A DNA stretch of 64,000 nt from Saccostrea echinata (taxonomy: Eukaryota): contig NW_026889824.1 in NCBI RefSeq assembly GCF_033153115.1, forward strand, positions 2,046,001 to 2,110,000, in the 5' to 3' direction. Both the position numbers and the translations under genes were made by a program. This document shows, piece by piece, positions 12,995 through 25,797 of this stretch; the first letter of the stretch is position 1; every line of letters begins with the position of its first letter. Below the pieces are notes generated by a model. The model searched no databases. It saw nothing but the letters and a program-made list of their open reading frames with translations, and was not told where the DNA came from.

Positions 12995-14452
12995 CAGAGA
13001 TATAGAGTATTATGAAATAGTTTATTCTTTAGCCTATCTGGATAGGTTTAACACTCAACCGCTTTTTGCACACAATGTATAATGTATTACCACCCCCCCC
13101 CCCCCCCCCGGGCAAACGAAGTAAACGAAGGAGACACCATGATCGTTTCTCTGTCCGTTGACATTTTTTGGTCCAGAGATACCTAAAAAATATATGTAAA
13201 TATGTTTAAACAGGTGCCCCTGGTACTTTAAGTTGATCTGTCATTTTATTTGTTTTTTAAGTCATTTTTAACATTTCTATTTTACATAACTTCTGTTTCA
13301 AATTTGAATAGAGTACAAGTAATTTCTTTCATAGCTTGGAAACCAATAGACTTATTCGAAAGCTCAGATTTACCAGCTACAAAGATAATTTATCTTCCTT
13401 ACTTATCACTATATATGTCTCGACATTGTTTCAAGGTCATTTTGACGAGATGAAGGTCATAAAGTACAGAAGTATTAAATTATTGTCCTCCAACTTTGAA
13501 ATGGAGAAAGAATAGAGATTGATACTTGAAGTAAAGTTGCTTACGATTTGCGGGTAAAACTCAGGGTAATTTAATTTGGATAAGGTCGCAGGTTTCAAAA
13601 TTATAAAATTCTCGCCATGGCCATGATACGTACACAGAATTGTTTTACTACCTATAACTGTAGGTGTTTAACAACCATGCACCATCGTCTTTTGGAGGAG
13701 GACAAGATCACGGGTCCCTTGAAGTGCAAAAAATCTTGAAATAATCTTAAAGGTCATACTAGGCTTGAAACATGACCCCGAGCAAAGGTCAATGGCAAAG
13801 GATTTACGTGTCAAATTTGAAAGGTGTTTTCAAACGTCAGATATTTCGGACTAAAAAGTGGCATGGCTTAGAATTAGTTGAATGATCTATAGGTTATGAC
13901 CTTTTACTGCTAGGTCTATGGAAAGTCCCATTTTCATATTCAACTCAAAGGTTACTCATGACCAAAGGTATTGCAACCTTCAATCATTACATTCCAGCAG
14001 ATCCAGGTTACAGGAAATTGCAGAAAGCAGAGTTCTTTTTTAAGCTTATTTAAAATGTACGTACTGTCAAGTTGACCTGCGGATGACACTCGTTCCATCA
14101 GGGCAGTTTTAATTGTATTTAATTTATTTTGTATATTTACTATCGCTTTAAATATGTAAAATGCAAATTGATAAGAGATACTGAAATACATACTCTGCTT
14201 GAAACGACCAAGTGTGTACATGTGAATGGTGGTGAAATAAGACCACAGTCAATGTTTAACATTAGATAATTGCCGTAACGATGGAGATCATTTATCAGGA
14301 CAAAATCAAGGTACTTGTATACAACACAGTAAGTCAGCTGTCCCACAACGTATGAATTCCCGTGACCAAAGATAAGGCATCCGCCCCGCTTCTAAACTGC
14401 TAGATAAGCAGGATAGTAACAGTCTACTCTGTGTAAGTGCTAGTGTACCATC

Positions 14453-15967
14453 ATGAGGTCCCTCTTGGCTGTTCTGTTTCTGTGTGGGGCCGCCCTGTCC
14501 CACCCGGGTTTCCGTCTCCTCATCCCTAATGGCATTAATGTCCCTAACCCCTGCATTAATGTAGTCGGTTTATGGAATGCAGTTGGACACAACATAGAGA
14601 TCGGAGGTGGACCAGGAAATGTTTTCGGAGCGGTAATATTTGATTTTCATTTGCATATAGTATCTTATTTTAAAAAAACACTAATTCATTCCTTTTTTAG
14701 TTTTCGTATGACATTTTATTAAGATTAATTAATTTTCATCTATTCAAATCATGCCATGTATATAGGTCCTGAAAGATACAATTCTAAACTTACAGGAACA
14801 GTACCCCGAAATGATTTTCTAAATAGAAAGTAAAAAAAATAAGGAATATACTTCCAACTCATCCCTACATATCCGTGCTATTCGAGAGATCGATGTTTCA
14901 GCTATAGATAATAATATATATCAAGTTCTTTTAACCACTAAAAGAGTTTATAGATGTTAATTCATTGTCAGAGTTCACACGATGAACGAAAGATTGTATA
15001 ACATGAAAACATTCAAAAAAAAAACAAAAAACTACTGTAACTGTAAATCACTAGATTTTCGTGTCACCTTATTTTCGCGAGATTGTTTTTGGTATATATA
15101 AGCGAAACAAAATTTTCACGAATTTTGGTTATTATTTTATTTAATATTTAATTTATAGAAGAATGAAAATGAAATGAAAATGAAATTTTTGAGAGCAGAT
15201 AGCCTCGCGTACTTACGCTAAAATAAAGTTATCGCGAGTAAAAACTTATTTACAGTACATGTAGTCAGATGTATAACAGAGAGGAATTTGTCCTTGTGAT
15301 TTCAGGATTTCGTGGCGGCCAATACTCAGTGGACCAAGGACTTGTGTCAGAAAGACTCCGATATGGACGGCAAGACAAACGGTGAGGAACTGGGAGACCC
15401 GAACTGTGTGTGGAAGCAGGGGGACGCTCCAGCAGGGGATGCAACTGGTCACCCAGGTATGACTTCTCTAGTGTATAAACTGGTGGACTAACTAAACGGC
15501 GGGGTAGATGGAGAAGGGGATATAATTTAATCCTCTTTTATACGTTAAACAAACGTGATTTGGAAATACAAGATTCCTTTCTTGATAACATTAAGATTTT
15601 CACATTTATTTAATGTTAATGTGAGCTTTAGGGACAAATTTTATTGAAAAGGGGAACAGATTAAACATTCTTCCATTTAAAGTGTGTGTGTGTATGGGTG
15701 TGTGTGAGGGTGAGGGTGTGTATGTGTGTGTTACTCTAGAATAAATGTATTATTGCAACTTGAAATAACAATGATTGTTATTCATTTTGTCCGCTTCTGT
15801 GGGTATAGTACGTACATATACATGCGTGTATTTAGCTACAATTTAGGTAAAATTTGTTCAAGGGTGGTTTTCATTCTAAGAGAATCCTCTCTGTATTTTC
15901 AGGTATTTGTGAGCCGATGTCTGATGCCAATTGTATGAAGATTAATGCCAACATAACCTGTATATAA
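14453..15967 (+). CDS. Temptin-like secreted protein 1 (131 aa; exons 14453-14632, 15306-15456, 15903-15967)
   Basis: Signal peptide MRSLLAVLFLCGAALS. Temptin motifs IPNG.NVPNPC, W.AVGH, N.FG.DF, WTKDLC.KDSD.DGKTNGEELGDPNCVW, HPGICEP. GT-AG introns in phases 0 and 1 join into an open frame. Confidence 0.9.
15040..15257. mobile_element. Small TA-type MITE in temptin-1 intron 1
   Basis: actgtaaat ... atttacagta ends, with internal ttttcgcga-type motifs. Confidence 0.5.
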
Positions 15968-16113
15968 TCATGCCAATTTCCAATTATTCATCGTGTACAT
16001 TATTGCACATTTCATTAATTAGTTATTTTGCACTAAATGTGTCATGGTAGTGTATACAGAATATGTAGAATGTACATGTATTAATGTGTAGAAATGAGAG
16101 TATTAAATGAATG

Positions 16114-16604
16114 AACAAGATGTGTTTGTGAAACACTGATGCCCCCGTATGGCAGCTTATGGCGAAGGTTAAAGTTTCTTCAAATGCAAGTCAAAATCCA
16201 GGCCAAAAGATAAGAAATGTTGACACCCAAAGAAAGGTCTTGTCTCGAGGAATACACCTATGAAATTTGAAAGACCTAGATACAACTGTTCAGAAGTTAT
16301 GGCGAAGGTTAAAGTTTTTTGAATAAAAGTCAAACGTCAAGGTCAAGGTCAAAGTGGTTGGTATCCAAAGGAAGATCTTGTCACAAGGATTACATATGTG
16401 AAGTATGAAAGCCCTAGCACCAACCATTCAAAAGTTATGGCCAAGGTTAAAGTTTTTCAAAAGTAGGTCAAACTCCTAGGTCAAGGTCAAAGGGTCAAAT
16501 AGGTTGGTATCCAAAAGAAGGTCTTGTCACAAGGATTACATATGTGAAGTATGAAAGCCCTAGCATCAACCATTCAAAAGTTATGGCCAAGGTTAAAGTT
16601 TTTC

Positions 16605-16635
<31 letters not shown>

Positions 16636-16899
16636 AAAGGTCAAAGTGGTGGTTGGTATCCAAAGGAAGGTCTTGTCGCAAGGATTACATATGTGAAGTA
16701 TGAAAGCCCTAGCTCCAACCATTCAAAAGTTATGGCCAAGGTTAAAGTTTTTCAAAAGTAGGTCAAACTCTTAGGTCAAGGTCAAAGGGTCAAAGTGGTT
16801 GATATCCAGAGGAAGGTCTTGTCACAAGGAATACACATGTGAAGTTTGAAACCCTAAGCACCAACTGTACAAAAGTTATGGCCAAGGTTAAAGTTTTTC

Positions 16900-16930
<31 letters not shown>

Positions 16931-17341
16931 AAAGGTCAAAGTTGTTGGTATCCAAAGGAAGGCCTTGTCACAAAGAATACACATGTGAAGTTTGAAACCC
17001 CAAGCACCAACTGTTCAGAAGTTATGGCTAAGGTTAAAGTCTCATAAAATTTTGCAAAAGTAAGTCAAACTCCAAGGTCAAGGTCAAAAGGTCAAATATG
17101 ATGGTACCCAAAGAAAGGTCTTGTCACAAGGAATACACATGTGAAATATGAAAGTCATAGCTCCAACCAATCAAAAGTTATGGGCAAGGTTAAAGTTGAC
17201 AACAGACAGACAGACAAACAGACAAACGGACAAACAGACAAACAGATAAACAGACAAACAGACAAACAGATAAACAGACAAACAGACAGACAGGACAAAA
17301 ACAATATACCCCCGGGATCTTTCGATCCGGGGGCATAAAAA
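16114..17341 (+). mobile_element. Non-autonomous Helitron/Helentron-like element with ~7 tandem ~146-bp repeats and an ACAG/ACAA microsatellite
   Basis: Starts aacaagatgtgtttgtgaaacac. The unit containing tcttgtcacaaggattacatatgtgaagtatgaaagccc recurs at ~16375, 16520, 16669, 16815, 16961 and 17117. Microsatellite at 17200-17295; 3' hairpin cccccgggatc..gatccggggg followed by cataaaa. Confidence 0.8.
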
Positions 17342-17500
17342 TGTTTTGTTTTATTCACCTTCATTTTTTACAGCAGCTTGTTTATGTTTAGAACTTTAAT
17401 ATGTAATCTGAACATGCAAATATGTTCTCCTTATTGTCGATGCAAGTTCGCTCCAGACAATGTTCTGGGTAATGTTATACAGTATGGAATCCAACAATAT

Positions 17501-17530
<30 letters not shown>

Positions 17531-17532
<2 letters not shown>

Positions 17533-17687
17533 AGGAATGAATTTAATAGCTACCCAAGTTATACTGATATAACCTGGGTTGGGGCAGTTTACGCTTTATA
17601 AACCGCGAAGCGGTTTATAATAAAGCGTAAACTGTTCCAACCCAGGTTATACAAGTATAACTTTGGTAGCTATTAAATTCATTCCTT
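17531..17687. repeat. Foldback element with ~75-bp arms and a central GCGAAGC
   Basis: aaggaatgaatttaatagctacc...aaaccgc GAA gcggttt...ggtagctattaaattcattcctt. Confidence 0.85.
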
Positions 17688-18299
17688 TTAATAACTTAAT
17701 TTTCCATCATTAAGTGTAGAAAATAATTTTTCCTTCAAAAATGCCTTCAAAATGTACACATTTTAAATATAACGTCAAGCGGATTGGTACGTTGTTGACG
17801 TAAGTCAATGTGACGTAGGCAAACCAGGTTATACGATATAGTCTGTTTTTTTTTTATTCATTCAAATGACGCGTTACAACTAAAATTAAATTATATATAT
17901 ATATTTGATTACCATTGAACACAGCGTACATACATGCATACATGTGTACCCCGGTATAATGATAACACAGGTGACTTTGAAGCCATTGTGCATCTTAACC
18001 ATGCCTTTCCGAGAAACAGAAAAACAACGTCGAATGTGTTACAAAGGTATCCATATCCACCCCCTTCTCATCATAAACAGTGAAATAAATGTAGGGTAAC
18101 CTCTTATCTGTAGTGTCATGTTGTAAATTTGGAATTTACTGCCACCCGGTTAATTCAAAATTTACAATATGTCAGCAGAGTCTAGCACGAAACGTCATGA
18201 AATGCAACGATATCAGCTTAAATGTTCCTCAGAGGAGACAATCAACCCTGTCTAATCAATACTTTAATTAATTATGCTGTAGTGAAAAGTATTTCTCAC

Positions 18300-18332
<33 letters not shown>

Positions 18333-19421
18333 CATGTACATGAAACTGTGTAAACATAGTTTATAGATGTATATGTTTTGTATTGCACACTCGTGGTTTT
18401 GGTTATGCATTTGATTTTTTATTTCAATAAATAATTGTTAATATATTTGAATAATACGGTGGTCACAAAACGAGATTTTGCGAAAGTTTCCAAAAGTCGC
18501 TGGTAGATATGATTTGTCCCAAGAATGTTAAATTAAGTCACGTTCACTTAAATCTATTTATTGCATATCATCATAATTAATTTGTACTTGGAAGTGTACT
18601 TTTACACAGTTTTTGGAGTACATTTCTATATAAATATTAATTAATTCACATCTCAACGTATTGTAATTTCTTTTCTGCATAGTTATGTGGCATGTTAATA
18701 TACCGCACATATAAGCTGCATGTTCCTAGGGGCCCAAAATACTATCCTACAGTGTATATTTGACATATACTTTTGATTATCTTACACCTAACAATCGAAA
18801 ATCCATGGAAGAACTTGCAGATTGGGTTAGAATTAAGTCACCATAATTAAATATAAATTAGCGACTCTTTTGTCTCAAACAGTTTGATATTTACATGTAT
18901 GTTGTGCTTCACATTTTTCCCTCTACCGCAGGACCAATGACCATTGTTCTGTTCAGTTGGATTGCCATTTCATGTAGAACTGCTTTCATATTTCTGTTAA
19001 CGAAACGTTGTGAATTAACGATAAGGCGAAATTCTAAGGTATCTCTTTATATTGATAAAATATTTTCCTTTTTAATAAGCAAACAAAACATAAAATGAAC
19101 AAATTAAACAACAACAAAATTAAAACTATATATTGTTAGTAATTTGTATCAAAGAGTAATCTTCGCATTACTTGTACTGATTTGTACTATGAACACTATA
19201 ATAGATGGTTGTGACATATATAGTACACATGACACCTATTTCAGGAGAAGAATGCCATGCCCCTAATTGTTTGTTATGTCCAGTGCCTCGTGGGGAGATT
19301 GTTGGTGGGTTATATATTTAGTCAACTTTCCCGATATGAAAGACAAGGCACAGTATTATCACTTGTTACCGTCCAGAAAGATTCAAGGCCATTACAATCT
19401 GTACTCTAGACTTGGGCTGAA

Positions 19422-20001
19422 ATGTTGTCAGGTGCCCTAACTGTGCTTTTCTTATCTTTCTCTGCGTTTGGACTTCCCGGCTATCGCTTGAAAATACCAA
19501 ATGGAATAAATGTTCCCAACCCTTGTACCAATGTGTTTGGATTATGGAATGGAGTGGGACACAATATCGCGAACGGAGGGGGGTCACTAAATCCGTTCGG
19601 ACAGGTACATGTACCCTAGAAAAAGTTTATGAGGGTGGCATTTTGCAAATGTTTTAGAATGTTCTGCTTAAATAAAGAAATTTAACAGCTTTTATCCCTT
19701 GTTTTGACAATTTAGGATTTTATGGACGCTAACTTTACCTGGACTCAGGAGCTATGTGGGAAAGACTCGGACTCTGATGGGAAAATTAACGGACTTGAAC
19801 TCGGAGACTTTAACTGTTCCTGGTTTGAAGGACAACCTCCCATGGGGGACCCCACAGGACATCCAGGTACTAATTTATAGTATACTTAATATTGTACGAA
19901 ATAATGGATATTGGGGATCCAACCGGGTTACCCAGAAATTAATTGCAGAAAAACACAGAACATGCTCTGGATGCACTGGACATCTTCCTAACTTTGTTTA
20001 A

Positions 20002-20069
<68 letters not shown>

Positions 20070-21295
20070 CACAGAACAGAATAATGCCTCTATTTTCTGA
20101 AGAAAGTAAATTGAGTCAAACATAGGGCAGGGTTTTGCATAGCACTTGTGCTTATAAACTATATAGTAGAGCTTTGTGAAACGTTCGCCTCAATACGTTC
20201 TATTTCCACTATGGAAGAGTTATACTTCTTAGTGAGCTCTTTCGTGAAAAAGTCGGTAAATGTACAAATCTCGCGGGATTTCAGGGACAAACGTAATGTA
20301 AACATGTAAACAGTATGTTGAATGTCGATGAACAAATCCTAAGAAAATGCAAATGAAATATTTTATTGTTGTGGACTTTATATACCTCAAGAGTAGGAAT
20401 GACAACGATATCAATTTATATCTATATTGTTGATCGTATGTATCTATTTATCGTATGCTACATCTAAATACAATATACATGCCTCGGAAATGTCGTATTT
20501 TTTATTAATGGATGATAAATTTAGGGTTCTCGCTCTCTTACATATATCTTTTAGTTCTTCCATTCTTTAATTGGAATGACAAATACATTTAACATTAAAA
20601 ATTGGATTGAGATTGGCATGTTTTATATTATCCGCAACGCCATGCTGTCCCTGTCAGACGACCAAACGCGCCTCTAATTTTGAAGAGTTCACTAATGGAA
20701 ATATAACGTATTTCTTAAATATTGAATCTATCACAACTGAACATAATCAACGGATTTCTCCAACCAAGTTATTCATGATCTCAAGAAAGAGAAATGCACA
20801 AAAATGAAAAAGGAAACGAGTAGCAGTGCTGTGACCATTTTAAAGATAAGAAAATAGAATTTTTTGATATTGTTGCACAAGGTCTTCTGCAGTGAATTGG
20901 TGTGAAAAATTGGCTACAATAAGTAGCACTAATTTGGTAGTTAGATTACAAGATAAATAAAATGATAATATGGATATCATAATTTGCAACATATTTCCCG
21001 GAAAAGCGGGTAATTCCCCACATACTAATATGTCCGATACATTTGTACAAAATTATTAATAACCATTAAAATTAATTTATTGTATTTTTTGTTAGTGTTT
21101 TTGTTTATTTTATTAAGGACTCTCTGTGCATTTATTACACGTATCATATCTGTGTGCAGTTCAAAGAAATTAAAGTCACAACTTGTCAAAACTTGCGATT
21201 TCCACAATTCAACTGTATATTTTTTTCCAGGTATATGCGAACCAATGGACGATCCCAAGTGTTTAGAAATCAACAAAGACATTACATGTTTGTGA
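19422..21295 (+). CDS. Temptin-like secreted protein 2 (132 aa; exons 19422-19604, 19716-19866, 21231-21295)
   Basis: Signal peptide, then IPNGINVPNPC..WNGVGH..LNPFGQ|DF..WTQELCGKDSDSDGKINGLELGDFNCSW..HPG|ICEPMDDPKCLEINKDITCL. Exons 2 and 3 have the same sizes (151, 65 nt) and phases as copy 1. Confidence 0.9.
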
Positions 21296-22072
21296 GATTG
21301 CAGAAATTAAAATGTCATAGTTTATTAATTTTCGTAAGCAGCGCTAAAATATTTATATTTTAGTTACAAATGTGATCTTTTTAGTTTTAATATATAACAT
21401 TTATTTTATTCACCTTTTTTTTTTAATTGCATGACTACGCATTTTGCTTCAGCGATAATATAAACAGTTTTCTTTATAAATTTTGTTCTGGTGTTGTAGC
21501 TGAGTTTCTGTTTTTTTTTTTAAACCTGATAGGAAAATTTCTGATATAGATATATCACATAATTAATTCACAATTAGTCCACAAACTAAAACTGTAATTT
21601 TCATTAATACAGCAGTGTAATGGTTTTTTTTCCCCTTATTTTAACAAAAAAAATGTAACGCATTTGGAAAATAAATATATTTACTTCCATTTACAGGATA
21701 TTAACAGATAAAAAGAAAACACGTAAATAAATAGGTGTATAATAATAACAAAAGGCAAAATACTAAAACAAGCATATAAAAAATACAATATCAGAAACTG
21801 GATTTTCCTGGGTTGACTGACTTCAAGTTTGAGATCCATCAAAATGATGTCCTAAAAAAGAAAGAAAATGATATGTGAAGACAAGTTTAATGTCATTTAG
21901 AAAACAAATTCTATACTACATGTAGGACATGTGTGGTTAGTTTGATAAAAGTAAAGATTATACAGAAAGAAAAAAGATTTTATTTTGATCATTGTTTTGA
22001 GTAAAATACACTTTAAATGAATAAATAAATAAATACCTTCATTATCATTCGATGCATCGTGATCACTTGGTG

Positions 22073-23286
22073 CTACGTACAAGGTTTGACCTTTTCTTCG
22101 TATCTGTAAAACATTTATTTTCATCATTTTGTAATTCTATGTTTGATGCCTTTTTTTTTTAATTTGTAAAGTACATATCATGATACATAAATAAAACGTC
22201 ACTAATCATTGGTGTAAACACTTTGAATTAAGAGTCATTTTCTGTGACACGTGTCAACAAACAACGGGAATTATTTATTAATTAGAGGAATATGAACTTT
22301 CTCCAGAAAATACATTGAAAAGAACAGAATCGTCACTCATATAGATACGTATATACGTCATCCAAAGCAAGGGAAGTTTTTTCAGCACTTGTTTTGAGGA
22401 AATACCTGTCGACCTGCTAGCCCCTGGACTATATTTAAACTTTTTTTTTTTTCTATTTGCTATAGGGACGTTTTACTCGGAGATATTTTAAATTATTTTG
22501 AATTCAAAATGAATGCATTTTTCCCGAAAGTGTCTGGGACGAAAATGCTGCGTAAATCATTAGAATAAATTTAATGAATTGAAATACTTATAAAGAACCA
22601 TTTACTGATAAGAAAAAAAAATGTCTGGACATTGAGAAAATTGTGAAGTATCTATACAGGTGTAAAAACTGAGTTTATTTACATTAATTTCATGTTTAAC
22701 AATTATTCCTAGAAAAAGGTTCACTGACAAGAAGAAATCACTATTGCTTAAAAGAAAATGGGATATGCAATTCAAATATAAGTATTCAACTAATTTATTT
22801 TCGTCAAATAAATGGTAAAGAAGGCTTAATCGAATTGATTAAAAATTTAGTAAGGAACGTTATTTTATTTAGATCTAAGGCAAATCACACTTTTCATACA
22901 GTGCAAAGAAGTCCTTAAAAGTATTAGACATAATTATAATATACGTACGCTTTCCAGGCCTCGCATGCGTTCTTGTATCTCTTGGTCCCGTCCAGGGTAC
23001 AATAGGGACTGTTTATATCAGGACACCGGAAATTCTCTCGGTTCTTAAGGTCCTTCGGTAACAGTGGTTGGGAGGAATACATTTGTAAACCTATAAACAG
23101 GTAAGATTTAGGACTTAGATATCAAAAATATGTAATTGTTCATTCTTGAACTGCAATAATTAAATTCTTTAGCAGCTATATAGATTAATGAAATTAAATA
23201 AAAAGTTTAATAATTAATTTAATGGAAAAAAAATTCTCACTTGAAAAAAGAATACAAGCAATCAATGCAATGTATATCATCTTCAT
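22073..23286 (-). CDS. Small secreted atypical Kazal-like protease inhibitor (~72 aa; coding exons 23286-23241, 23090-22949, 22103-22073)
   Basis: Spliced translation MKMIYIALIACILFSSLQMYSSQPLLPKDLKNRENFRCPDINSPYCTLDGTKRYKNACEAWKAYEEKVKPCT*. Canonical donors (gtgag, gtacg) and acceptors (tttatag, ttttacag) have compatible phases. C-x7-C-x2-DG-x3-Y-x-N-x-C resembles the Kazal core. Confidence 0.75.
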
Positions 23287-23911
23287 CTTCTTATATAGGA
23301 ATAACAATTTCTGTTTTTCTTTTCTCTATTTATACTGTGTCCAAGTCATTTGATTAATTTGCATAAATGGGTTATGCATGAATCGCATGTTCATCGTTAC
23401 ACCGGTTCTGTGGCCACCTTGCGTAATTCAAAAATCCCCATTCCTTCCTAAGATGAAAATAGGTCAGTGCAAATAATCCACTAAATAAATTTATGCGTCC
23501 ACTCTGTGAAAAGTTTAATTAATTCCACCAATCAAACGACAGACATGGGATTGTCTTCCAGAACAACTAATGTTTTAGAGGTTACGGGAGGGTTTAAATA
23601 GGCACGTGTAGTAAATATTAGGATAAATATTTACCGACTTAATTAATTATATGCGGATGTTTAGTTTTTGTCAATGTATTTCCACATGTACATCATAAAA
23701 AAAGTGATACCATTCCTTTGTCATGAGTAAATTACAGAAGAAAAACCAACAACTTTTAATTGTCATATCATCTACATGTATTTCGACCGAGATTTAAAAC
23801 AATTTATGTACAGAATGTCTCCACGAGTGCATAGGGATTGTTCCTAATTTAATTGAAAAAAAATCTGCCACATCACAAATGTAGATTTTTCTAAAACTTT
23901 CTCCTATTAAT

Positions 23912-24545
23912 CAACAAAAGGCCCATGGGCCACATCCCTCACCTGAGCACTTTGGTTAAAGAAAAGCAGAAATCAATTCATTATTGAACAGTTTAAATTT
24001 ATAAGTGGTGTCATTCTATCCCTGGAGGGGATACTTCTATATTTGTATGACTAATCATGGCTTTAAAAAGAGTTTTACAGATCTTCTCCTATACATGTTT
24101 ATTCTTATACAACAGGTGCAACAGTATATTCGAGAAGTGGTGTAAATCAGATGTGGATACTAAAAAATTACAAGGAACGTTTAAAGTCATCATTTCGTAA
24201 GTTCTATGGTCGATACAATGACCTTGTCAGCAAATACAATCTCTCATTAAGTCAAATGCTGACTGAGTTTTTTCATACTATTTGTTAGGCCATTATTTAC
24301 ACACTGATTTGTCGACAGAATTTCCGTTATTTCCCGATCATGACAAGGAGCATACGGCGGATGTGACCGGTCGGCAGGGGATGCTCACTCCTCCATGGCA
24401 CCTGATCCCACCTCTGATGTCTTAGAGGTCCGTGTTTGCTCTGCTCCTATTTTGTAATGTTTAATGGACTTTTTGAGCTCGAATACGGTTCGTTATCTCC
24501 AACATATTTCATGTAAAAGTTTGATTTTCTATTGTGGCCCAGCCC
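23912..24545 (+). mobile_element. Helentron-like 5' fragment interrupted by a retroelement 3' fragment (Penelope-like, ~24113-24510)
   Basis: aacaaaaggcccatgggccacatccctcacctgagc matches the 51841 start. The insert encodes RLKSSFRKFYGRYNDLVSKYNLSLSQML, followed by the conserved gtgaccggtcggcaggggatgctcactcctccatggcacctgatcccacc motif. Confidence 0.65.
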
Positions 24546-25391
24546 TATATATTTTTGTAAATAAAATGCATACAATTTTCAACATATCGTCAGAATAAAA
24601 ATTGACAGGAATGGATTAAGTTGATAATTCTTTATTGAAAGGATCCCACTAAGAGTCATCTATCGTGCATCTTGGTATTTTGACACCCAAGCCAACGGGT
24701 GGGGAGGGGGCACACAAATCAGTAGTGAAGAATTTGATTTTCATTTGTTTTTTTTCCCCTGAATTTCCCATTTAATTCTTGAGGCTAGGATTGATTTTTA
24801 AGAATGATACAAAACTGTTCAATTATGACTTGCTGGACACAATTCTATTCAATTCCTTTTAATTTTGCTATTTTATCACGAAATAATTTCATTGTGTTTG
24901 TTATATGTATCCTCTGTGTGTGTGGCGGGGAGGGGGGGCAGATAGAAGCTTTTACCTAAAAACTTTGAAATCTAGCAATACTTTTAATCTATCATTATAT
25001 TCTTTTTTGAAAATTAATATTTTTCAACGAATGTTACTAACAAGATATTTCTCTAACAAAAAAAAGTTAGTCCCTCATTTCAATATGTTATTTTTTAATA
25101 GTGAATTTTGTTGTAGTTAATTGAGGACCCAATGATATTATGTTTTTTTAGTATGGGACATTAGTAATTCACAGTATACAAATTAATGTCATGGAGTGTA
25201 AGTGCTTTAAATCAGGTTCGTAGAATAGCCACCTTATACATGTAAAAACTGTTATAAAAACACCAAAGTGTAAATTATGTTAAAGTTTTCAGTATACATA
25301 TAGATAACTATAGATTGATATGGTATTTTTGTAAGGGTGGCGCTGCTTGGATTTCTTTTCATGTTGTCTTAAATCAAAAATTATGAATAAT

Positions 25392-25797
25392 CCCTAACAA
25401 AAAAATAATACAGTAATCTATAGTTTTATTAACTATAGTAAAACATTGGTTTACTATTATAATAGTGAATCATTTGATAGTAGAGTTAACAGTAGTAAAG
25501 CATAGTTTACGATAGATAACTAGTTTTTACTATAGTAAATCAAAGTATTTACTATAGTTAATCAGAGTATTTTTACTAGGAATTTCAGATCGTTATATAC
25601 ATTTTTTTAATCTCTTGAAGCATTTTTCTTATAGTAAACAGAAATATTACTTGTATATTTCAATAGTATTTCAAAGATTTACATCATTGGTATGTAATTT
25701 ATGAAATATTAAGGCTATAAATCTTCAAAAAAGTTCTAGAGTAAAGTTTCATAGTTTATAGTAAACTATAGTTAACCATAGTAAATGTTTGTTATGG
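25392..25797. mobile_element. MITE-like element with actatagt subterminal repeats (possibly EnSpm/CMC-like)
   Basis: ccctaacaaa ... tttgttatgg ends; multiple (tt)actatagt(aa) motifs near both ends. Confidence 0.4.

Noticed and set aside
21681-22072. Stop-codon readthrough adding a transmembrane tail to the Kazal protein
   Set aside because: The frame stays open after splicing, but the hydrophobicity is explained by T-rich 3'UTR composition.
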